DNA of 64,000 nucleotides, taken from Halocafeteria seosinensis (taxonomy: Eukaryota). The notes beneath the pieces are model-generated. The model was not told the origin of the DNA. It did not search any database and saw nothing but the letters and a program-made list of their open reading frames with translations. The stretch's first letter is position 1, and the number at the start of each line of letters is the position of its first letter. The stretch covers positions 1 through 64,000 of the forward strand of contig LVLI01000100.1 of the NCBI GenBank assembly GCA_001687465.1, read 5' to 3'. Made by a program: the position numbers and the translations under genes. This document shows positions 36,435-46,600 of this stretch, piece after piece.

Positions 36435-39400
36435 ATGCATCGGGATGTTACCAGAGTTTTTCTCTCTGCAGCTGTCCCCCCTGTGCTCTCTCTGGGGCTG
36501 TTCGGCGTTCAGAGTGGTATTGCTTCAGGACAAATTCCATTCACGTAAGGGCATAAACAAACATACACCTGCCCCATAAACGCACTGTGGTGTGACAGTT
36601 CGGCAATGGTACTGACACTTTTGTTGTTCCAGTAAAAATGTACGGTTCGCAGACGCTTCTGGTACTTGCCACTCCTTCGACTTCGAACGCAACGGACGGG
36701 GTCCTCCTGCAGAAGGAGAACAGTTCACATACTGTGAAGGAGATGTAGCAGAGGAGGTACAATGTGATTCTGCAGTTAACAAGTAGGCTGTTTTTCGACG
36801 CTTCCCTTGCAACATGCTACTTAAGCAACTGTTCATTTAGCAGTCACACGCAGGTTATTAGCGGAGGAACATGGACTTGTGTAGAGTTCACCTGGAAGGA
36901 AACAATGAAACGCACTTTGTTCAGCAGCGACGGCTCAGCGGGAGCATTAGCAAGTGTTCCCAGAGCACATTATAAGTTTACTGAAGGGTACGCAGCAGCT
37001 CCAAGTAATGATGAGGAAATGTTATTTTCCATTGGGAGCCTCGGTGGACCTGGCAGCTACACTATTCGTCTTGATTATAGAGTTTTCGTGAACGTGAAAG
37101 ATTCAGCAGAATCCGGAGAAACAGAGCTGCACATCCGGGAGAAACTAAAGGGAGCGGACTCAAGGTCTGGAGACTCAATAAATTTCGCCTCTACTATTCA
37201 TGGTAAGGAAAACAAGGAGGGAATAAAGGATAAAACCATAACACTTGAAGATGGTGATGACGGGATAGTCGCTTGGTGTGGCACTGACAACGGCAACCCT
37301 GGGGATGCAACATGCGAATTGGACGCAAGTATAATTGAATGCGGGGACCAAGGCACTCCTGTTAATACCCACCAAATAAGCGGTAAGCATTCTCTACAAC
37401 ATTTGCAATACAGTCCTATTACGTGGAGTATATTTCCGGTGCAGTCGGAGCATGTCGCCAATGCGGTCGTGGAGCAGTTCCCAATGACGAAGAAACTGGT
37501 TGTGATGACTGCCCTTCTCATAAATACGCAACATTCACTGATACAGAGTGCCAAGACTGTGGAGATGGAAAAGTTCCAAACAATAAACAAAACGATTGCA
37601 AAGAGTGTCCCGCTCATAAATACGCGACTTCCATGGATTCGGAGTGCCAAGAGTGCGGAGACGGGAAGGTTCCAAACACTAAACAAAACGATTGCAACGA
37701 GTGTCCCGCTCATAAATACGCGACTTCCATGGATTCGGAGTGCCAAGAGTGCGGAGACGGGAAGGTTCCAAACACTAAACAAAACGATTGCAAAGAGTGT
37801 CCTACTCATAAGTATGCAACATTCATGGACTCGCAGTGCCAAGACTGTGGAGATGGAAAAGTGCCAAACACTAAACAAAACGATTGCAAAGAATGTCCCA
37901 CTCATAAGTATGCAACATTCATGGACTCGGAGTGCCAAGAGTGCGGAGACGGGAAAGTTCCAAACACTAAACAAAACGATTGCAAAGAGTGTCCCGCTCA
38001 TAAATACGCGACTTCCATGGATTCGGGGTGCCAAGAGTGCGGAGACGGGAAAGTGCCAAACACTAAACAAAACGATTGCAAAGAGTGTCCTACTCATAAG
38101 TATGCAACATTCATGGACCCGGAGTGCCAAGAGTGCGGAGACGGGAAAGTTCCAAACACTAAACAAAACGATTGCAACGAGTGTCCCACTCATAAGTATG
38201 CAACATTCATGGACTCGGAGTGCCAAGAGTGCGGAGATGGGAAAGTTCCAAACAATAAACAAAACGATTGCAAAGAGTGTCCCGCTCATAAATACGCGAC
38301 TTCCATGGATTCGGGGTGCCAAGAGTGCGGAGACGGGAAAGTGCCAAACACTAAACAAAACGATTGCAACGAGTGTCCCACTCATAAGTATGCAACATTC
38401 ATGGACTCGGAGTGCCAAGAGTGCGGAGACGGGAAAGTGCCAAACACTAAACAAAACGATTGCAAAGAGTGTCTCACTCATAAATACGCGACTTCCATGG
38501 ATTCGGAGTGCCAAGAGTGCGGAGACGGGAAAGTTCCAAACACTAAACAAAACGATTGCAACGAGTGTCCTACTCATAAGTATGCAACATTCATAGACTC
38601 GGAGTGCCAAGAGTGCGGAGACGGGAAAGTTCCAAACACTAAACAAAACGATTGCAACGAGTGTCCCACTCATAAGTATGCAACATTCATGGACTCGGAG
38701 TGCCAAGACTGTGGAGATGGAAAAGTGCCAAACACTAAACGAAACGATTGCAAAGAGTGTCCCGCTCATAAATACGCGACTTCCATGGATTCGGGGTGCC
38801 AAGAGTGCGAAGACGGGAAAGTGCCAAACACTAAACAAAACGGTTGTAGCGAGTGCCCACTCCACAAATACGCGACGTTGACGGATTGGGAGTGCCAAAA
38901 CTGTGGAGAAGGTAAAGTTCCGAAGGATTCCCGGGGTGGATGCACGGATTGCTTTGCATATCAATACGCAACTATTGAGGATTGGAAGTGCAAAAATTGT
39001 GGCGCTGGCCGAATACCGACAGATACCAACGGTGGGTGCCGAACCTGCGCGTCGTATGAAGTTGCTACCACAGCCGATGTCCGTTGTCATATTTGTGGAC
39101 TAGGTGCAGTACCTGATGCATACCAAAACCGATGTTTGCCATGTCTAGAGTACCAAGTTTCTGCAGCGAACTCTAGTAGATGCTACTCGTGCGGCCGAGG
39201 GAGGGTGCCCGATTTGCCGGCGGGAAGATGTATACAATGCAGCGAATATGAAGTCTCGAATGAAACTTCCCCAGCTTGCTCACTCTGTTTACAGGGAGAA
39301 GTACCAACTACTTCGCATGATTCTTGCAGACCGTGTGAAACAAACGAAGTTGCCAGTATAACAGATATACGTTGTAAAGCTTGCCGACCAGGGACGATCC

Positions 39401-39808
39401 CAAATGCGAACCATTCCGCATGTGTGAGTTGCCCCAGAGGGCAGTTTCAAAATGAGACAGGGGCAATGTTTTGCTATGACTGTCCTTCCGGACAGTTTAG
39501 CCCGTCAGAAGGTAAGGACTCCAAGAACTTACGTTTTGACATATCAGTTTTCTGCAGTTCGTATTAATCTTTCCGCAGGCGCGACAAACTGTACCCTGTG
39601 TCCCGCGGGGCAGTTTACAAGTGAGGCTGGAAAAGATGGCTGTCGTAAGTGTAGAAGGTTCAGATATCAGCCCTTTAAAGGGAAAACATCCTGCTTTAAA
39701 TGTGAGTCTGGAAGATATCAGCTTGAACAGGGGCGGACGACATGCTTCTCGTGGCAAGAAAGAGGGCGGTTGCCCGGCCAACGTCCTCGACGGGGTGCAC
39801 CCACGTAA
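36435..39808 (+). CDS. Secreted cysteine-rich repeat protein (CxxC / GCC2-GCC3-like repeats); exons ~36435-36544, 36633-36782, 36841-37382, 37445-39511, 39579-39808
   Basis: Signal-peptide-like start MHRDVTRVFLSAAVPPVLSLGLFGVQSGIASG. Splice phases checked by hand (e.g. G|GTAAGC 37383...GCAG 37444 is phase 1; G|GTAAGG 39512...GCAG 39578). Many CxxC...C repeats. Confidence 0.75.
37510..38853 (+). repeat. Coding tandem repeat, 14 x 96 bp (32-aa unit CP[AT]HKYAT[SF]MDSECQECGDGKVPNTKQNDC[KN]E)
   Basis: Period 96 nt (e.g. gctcataaatacgcgacttcc at 37612 and 37708). 38854-37510 = 1344 = 14 x 96. Confidence 0.97.
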
Positions 39809-40438
39809 TGCTTATCAACCCAGCTATACAGAACTATACTGTAACATAGAAAATGTGGCTGATAACTCGCATAACATACTGAAATAGACCTCTTATGTCG
39901 AATGACACACCACCCGCGCCTTAGTCTTTCACACTCCCAATGCATCATACACACGGCAAATAAGCATATCATTGGTAGTAAAGGTATCGCAAAGTAATGT
40001 ATTTCAATTAAATGTGTGTTGCATATCATCTTAAACCATTACTGTGACCATACAGCGATTTGTACAAGTGCCACTGGTCCAGTGGTAGGTGAAAAACCTA
40101 AGGTGATCCAATCGTCAGTCATGAGGGAAAAGGCGAAAACTTCCATATCAGAAAAAAATGTGAAATAATTTATCAGCATCTTATTGCCTACTTCCATTTT
40201 TCATGTAATGTGGATTTGGGTGTATAGGTACTTAGTGGACGTTTCAAACCTGAAACTCTTAAGCATTCCCGCTCTCTTACTACCCATTAACAGACTAAAG
40301 CGGGAACTGCAACAAAAATGGTTTCTGATACTTTGGTAGTAGATGCGCCTTGTTTGAATGAAGCATAAACGATAGTGTCCAAAGAAAGATACGATAGCAG
40401 AAACTTCCCTTCCCCGGAACTAGCGAGCTAGAAAAAAC

Positions 40439-41507
40439 TTATGACGAGGACGCTGCTCCGGAGGCACTATTGGATTTACAGGGACCATATCCTGAACGCT
40501 CCAACATATTGTCGATCAATTCCTGCAGGGGCTCTAGTTCTTTCTTATCTACGAGCTCAAACTCCAGTACGAAGAATATAAAATGCTTGAAGCAGGTGTT
40601 CAGATGCGTATCTGCCCCAAGATTTCGGAATTCCTCATACATGTGGTAGTAAAGAAAAGCGTACACGCGAAACATCCTGGTGAACATTTTGCTGATAACG
40701 CTCTGAAAGTTCTTGGGGAAAGCAACATCTGCATCATGTACTCAAGATATTGAATCATCCCATGGTCCCGACGACAGCCATCGAAGCGATTACTCAACCA
40801 CATACCAGTAGAAGTCGGGAAAATTTCTTCATTATTAATTTGCCCTTCGATCCAAGTGAGTAGTAGGTCTACATATTCTCGAGCAGGTACCTGCAGATCA
40901 CACGGCATGTGCAATCGCGGGGACGAAGGAACACTCCGCTCAGTCAATCATTCAACGTACACGTTTAGGCTTTTTCACAGATTCTCCATCGGCCCATAAG
41001 TACTCGTATTTATCACCCGCACTCATTGTTGGGAATTTCTCGGGAGTAACAAGATCAGCTACAGTTCCGAACAACAATGAGATTTCGTTGTAGAAGTCCA
41101 CGGCTGCAGGGGGAGTCCATCCAGAATGTAATACGCTGGACAGCCCCCACCCTCTTATCTTATGAACTACATACTATGTACAGCTAGCCATTCATTCTTG
41201 TCTTCTCCCTCTGGTAAGGCCACAGCCGTGCGCATATCGCCACTGGAGGAGACAAGATTCAAGTTGGAGCGCTGGAGAAAGCGGACCGCCAAGGGTCTCC
41301 CTTACCTTCCTAGCGTGTCTCGCGCAACATTGTGGAGTTCTGATCGCTTTGATCCCTTCTTATGACCTTTCAGAGGCTTGAATGTTTTGTTCTTGTCCCT
41401 GTAGAAAGCATTAAGCCAATGGAACAAGGTGTTTTTGAACCTTCTACAGGAGAGGATACCCCACATAAACACAGTGAGCAATGCACGTACGGTCGGAGGA
41501 AGTTCAT
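40439..41507 (-). CDS. MOB1: MOB kinase activator 1 (6 exons)
   Basis: Spliced product MNFLRPDKNKTFKP...[37 protein letters not shown]...MSAGDKYEYLWADG...FPKNF...RMFRVYA...HLNTCFKHFIFFV.EF.LVDKKELEPLQELI. Confidence 0.96.
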
Positions 41508-41961
41508 AGTTAGCTAATTACAGAGCATGCGAAATAGGATACGAGGGCATGGGGCCGCAAAATGCTGATAATATGCCGTAGGTAGCTTTGCCTCTGGTGT
41601 TCTTTGAAGCCAACAACACGAAATACCACACTATCCACAATGCATGCACAACTACTGGAGACTGTATTGTACACATGTACCTACATCTGCATACAATTCA
41701 ACACAAACAACACCTTCATGATACTACGTCAATTGTTGCGTGCGATGCTTTGGAACTTCACCGGTCAGAACAGATGCAGAATTTTTGTGAAAGCTGGATA
41801 GAATCTAAATGTCTCGTTTTTCAAGAAGGGTAACATTGGTGCTCGAGCGGTGAATATAGCAAGTGTTTTGCTACGGAACTACCACCCGTATTTAGCCGAA
41901 AGCAATACAAATATGTCTCTCTGTTAAATTTCTCTGACGGGTTTCTCCGCAGTTAGCTATC

Positions 41962-41977
41962 CACACACACACACACA
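41962..41977. repeat. (CA)n microsatellite
   Basis: cacacacacacacaca run. Confidence 0.8.
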
Positions 41978-42430
41978 AATGTGACAGATAGCCCAGCTAT
42001 CCCAACGGAAGTAGGTACCTGTTGCATAGCCCTGATAGCTAGCATGCTCTCATTTTTTTGTCCAACGAGCAATACAGTTGGTAGATAGGTAGGCTGGGGA
42101 TACGGACAAGGGCGTCAGCTCGAACTCGTGCATTTCGCGACCTGAGGCTGAGGCTTCTGGGCTTTGGGCTTGTGGAGAATCACGCATAATTCGGAGGTCA
42201 AAGCGTAGGGAGGCTTAGAACATAGCAATAGTAAGGACACTGTTGAAAGCGCTTGAACTACACACACACTACTACACCCCTTTCCCTGCGCATACCATCC
42301 TAACTAACGTAGGCCTTGAGCCTATCTTTGACAATTTACTGCAAACAATCCGTCTGGGATCACATTCCGTGTGGGCAATACCTCAACTGCCTCGATCGCT
42401 TCCACTACTTCTGGGGTTATGTACAAGCCT

Positions 42431-42479
42431 TTCCAAAGCTCCCTTGTAGTACAAGGGAGCTTACAAGGGAGCTTTGGAA
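42431..42479. repeat. Perfect 18-bp inverted repeat with an internal 12-bp tandem duplication
   Basis: TTCCAAAGCTCCCTTGTA-G-TACAAGGGAGCT-TACAAGGGAGCTTTGGAA. Confidence 0.93.
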
Positions 42480-42558
42480 TGGAGCCTGACGGTCCTGACC
42501 GGCAAGTCACATAGATTGCTGGATTTGAAAAAGTGGTTTCGTCAGTTGCATCACTCTA

Positions 42559-42915
42559 GGAATGTAAATAATAATCCAAGTTGTAAGATCCTCAGTATAA
42601 GGAAGAGCTAAGAATTATATCCAGGTTGTGAACCGAATGTTAGGAAAAGTCCAGGTCCTCCAGAGGCTCTAGGATTTTGCTGTGTGGGAATGGCAGCGTA
42701 GTAGAATATTGTAAGGATCGACAAATTCGGAATGTGAATAATAATCCAAGTTGTAAGATCCTCAGTATAGGGAAGAGCTAAGAACTGTATCCAGGTTGTG
42801 AACCGAATGTTAGGAAAAATCCAGTTCCTCCAGAGGCTCCAGGATTTTGCTGTGTGGGAATGGCGCATCGACATACCGATCTGTAATAGAATACTGTAAG
42901 GATCGACGAATTCGG
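42559..42915. repeat. Imperfect tandem duplication of a ~170-bp non-coding unit (2 copies)
   Basis: ggaatgt(a/g)aataataatccaagttgtaagatcctcagtat... starts at 42559 and at 42729. The copies differ by scattered substitutions and an insertion in copy 2. Confidence 0.93.
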
Positions 42916-43659
42916 GAGCGCTTCATTGCAGAATATGGAAGTTCATACGGGGAGATACGTACTGGGGCAGGAATCGCGCGGGCAGTCAGTGGCCAGTACA
43001 GTTTGATTCGGGGGTTCTGTGGGCACAACACACTGATGGTACTGCAAGCACATACTAGATCATGTAATTTACCACTGCGAAGGATAGCTTAATGATTTAT
43101 GATTTGCCAGCGGTGCGAGATCAAACCACGATTAGCGTCATCTCCCGAACCCGAGTACTGTCAGGGCCCCAGAGACAGACTCAGGGGTTCTTCCCCATCG
43201 GGGAGTCCGCTCGATCCCGGCGACCCTTCCATGGAGTCGCATGTTCTGTCCCGTGCATAATCTTCTGTCTTTTCACTACCTTGAGGGGTTTTGTCGGATC
43301 TGTAGCCATACTGTGAGATATCTGCTTCGTTTTGAGGATACTCTCGTTGATTTAGAATCCTCCAACAGTGCTCCCAAGCGACTGGGTTTTCTTCTGTGTT
43401 GTGCAACGCTCTCTCGAAGTCGCTGGCTTGGAAACGCCGAGAGACGACGTTTTCCGACCATCTGTGGCTACCAGCAGGGAATTTTAGGTATGAATGCCAA
43501 TCGCTGCATTTTGTTGCTACTCACTCGATATCATCCTGTCTAAATTTTTTCCTCCAGCCGGGGTTGGAAGCTGCGTTTTCTTGGCCAGCGAGAGCGCCTG
43601 AACTCCCCATCTTCGACAAACTCAGGATATTTACACAACCGGCTCTTTCATACCCGACA

Positions 43660-46600
43660 ATGCTATGGGGAAAGCTCAGCCGTGTGCTCTTGTTAATGGT
43701 GTGCATGCTGGGAGCGTTGCCCACGTGTGTACTTTCGGCCCCATGCTCGGCAGCGAGTTCAGAAGACGGAGCGTCACACTGTTCTGTTGGCGAAAAACTA
43801 AACGGGGATGAATGCTGCGCATGTCCAGTAAGGTTGTTTCGTTATCGTTGAACCGTTTTCGATAAAAAATGTGGGTGTACGGCTCTTCTTCCAGGCTGGA
43901 TTCTACCAGGAAGAAGCTCAACATTCTCAAGCGGAATGCAAGGGTTGTCCTGCGGGCCGGTACCAACCAGATGAGCAGACAGATTTCTGTACGGCATGCC
44001 CTTCTGGCTACGCTGCAGACGAAGCGGGTTCTAGCAGCTGCACAGCGTGCTCTCCAGGATTCTTCCAAGGCAGTATTTCTAAGGAATCGTGCAAGAGCTG
44101 TCCCGCGGGATACGCCACAGCCGACGAAGGACAGGACGCCTGCGAGCAATGCTCTGCAGGTCGCTACTCCACCAAGAGTTCAGCCGAGTGTCGAATTTGT
44201 GAGCTCGGGAGGTATGCCAGTAAGGCGGCTAGTTCTTGCCGTGATTGTGCCACAGGCTTTACGGCATCAGAGGAAGCTAGTACCTGTGAAGAATGCCCAG
44301 CGGGGAGATACAGCAATGACACGCTAAGCAGTTGTCGCGATTGTCCTGGTGGATACTACCAATCTGAGTCTGGCAAGGGCAAATGCCGGATTGCACCAGC
44401 AGGCCGTTACGCTCTAAAAGGATCGAAGGACGCGCAGGACTGTCCTCGTGGTAGGTATGCGTCTGTGGAAGGGATATCATCTCAGACTTGTGAGGGTCTT
44501 TGTCCGGCGGGAAGCTATTGTCCTAGTCCAGGGTGGACGGATCCAAATGAATTCCCTTGTCCAGCGGGCAGATATGGCACGAGTGGCGCTACTAGTCGTG
44601 ATTGCAGCGGAGACTGCCCGCGTGGGTACTACTGTCCAGAAGGGACTGCGCAGGATGAAATGAAAGAATGCAACGCAGAAATTGATCCCGAGATATATTG
44701 TCTTCCGGGGCGCGGATCTTACTCGCGCGCTGAAGAAGGATACTATACTGGGCCCGTTGACTCCTCTCTTCGGTATACTGTGCATGAATGTGAATTGGGT
44801 TACTATTGTAGTGGTGGTGTGCGCTTCAAGTGCCCTGCGGGTCGATATGGTGATAAACGCGGCCTTATGGATCCCACTTGTTCTGGCACATGCGCTCCCG
44901 GCTATCTTTGTGTGGAAGGAAGTACATCTCCGCAAGATGATGTATGTAGTGATGGCGATCCTCTCTATTATTGTGCCGAGGGAGTTCGGGAGAAGTGTTC
45001 GGCGGGGTATACAACGCCGGAAACTCCCGAGAAGTCTCGTCGAACTTCATGCAAGGAGTGCCCTGAAGGGTATGTTTGCGAGGGAGGAGTTCGATATCCA
45101 AAAACCTGGTGGAATGATCGGTATTGCAAGGATTTTTCTGATGAAGTTCTTTTCATTGACCAAACTGACGGGGCTTTAAGCAAGAGACGCTTCACAGGGG
45201 CCGATTTACGAATCTCCTCCAGGGTTCAGTGGTCCGATATACAGTTTCGCGTCATTCAAGTAACGGCAAGCGGTTCAAACATCAACGGCGAGGAATGTTC
45301 CACGGAACAAACAATTGATGACTTTTTCGAAGTCGAAGAGACTGGGAATAACACCCATTCCTTTGGTCGTCTGTATGTCTCCAGTGGAGTACATATCCGT
45401 TCTTCGGAGTGTGACGAGTACACAGTCTCTGTCAAAGCCGAGGTACACGAAACCAATGGGAGTGTCTTAAGCCGTGACTGTAATATCCCTGTGGTTGTAC
45501 AACGCGGCAACTCAGCGCCTCGGTGGAATGGCGACACACGAGATCTGAAACTCGAAGCACCTAGAATCCGCAGCCGTGGCTTCAAAGTAAGTCAACCTCT
45601 TAACCAACTTTTCGAAGATCCTGATGGAGACGAAGTTTCCTTCTCATTTGAGGAGGAACAAGGTCATCCTTTCGTGATAGGAGCTTGTTCCGGCCAAATT
45701 TCCGTGGTAGATCCTCGTATGCTACGCGACACAGCTGTAAATTCTTTCGAACTCAAAATCATTGCAACAGATAACTTTCCAAACAATCTTGGGGTTACGA
45801 GGAAAGACGTAGTCATTGACGTTGTGCCCGCCAATCGTCCGCCAGTGGTCGTAGAGAACCCACCGGAACTGGTCGTACCTGTACAGTTTCGAGAGAGCGA
45901 GCCCCTGTTACGTAATGCTTTGTTGATTCTTGATGCAGAGGAATACGATCAAAGTGATGGAAAGTTTTGGCACGATTTAAGTCAATATGAGAGAACGGCT
46001 GATGTTAGTCGAGCCACGTTTTTAGGGAGCGAGACCTATGGACGTGCGGCATTCGAAGTAAGCGGCTGGGAGGGATTCATTGAAACGGGAATGACTACTG
46101 CTCCTGTCTCAGAAGAGGAAGGATCATTTGAATTTTATATTTATCCCTTGGGAAACAGTATAGGTACTGTCATTGAAGGCAATCGCTACCAAGGTGATAA
46201 TAGATGGGACGTCTCTTCAGGTAAAAAAGACAGGGCAATCAATTGGAAAAATCATGGAAGCTCTTCAACGCATCTGACACATTCAAAGGAGTTGGAGGAA
46301 CACTCATGGAGTCATGTGTGCATTACCTACAATGCAAACTCCCAAAGGGCGCGCATTTATTACGATGGCGAACAGGTCGCGGAAACTGCGTCTCAGTCGG
46401 CCTATGAGCTTACAGGAGATGAGAAAATACGAATTGGCGCTTTAGAGAAAGTAGAGGGAGAGCACCGTACACTAAACTTTGGTCGGCCTAATTTTGCAAT
46501 CGGGTTTTTGAGAATATATGGTAGAGAATTATCCAGTGAAGAAGTGAAGCGTTTGAAAGAACTCAGCGAGCGGCACGGTGAAGGCGCCACCATGAACATG

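Noticed and set aside
37510..38853. Regular repeats as a CRISPR array
   Set aside because: Units are contiguous with no unique spacers, are protein-coding, lie in a eukaryotic context, and no cas genes are present.
37198..39090. 630-aa minus-strand ORF and the alternative plus frame (36764-38596) through the 96-bp array, suggesting overlapping genes
   Set aside because: A stop-free unit whose length is a multiple of 3 automatically gives long shadow ORFs. A phase-correct intron (37383-37444) connects the upstream exon to the Cys-rich frame.
40266..40307. TTCCCGCT...AGCGGGAA inverted repeat downstream of MOB1 as a terminator
   Set aside because: Eukaryotic locus with a long loop, and an 8-bp stem is compatible with chance.
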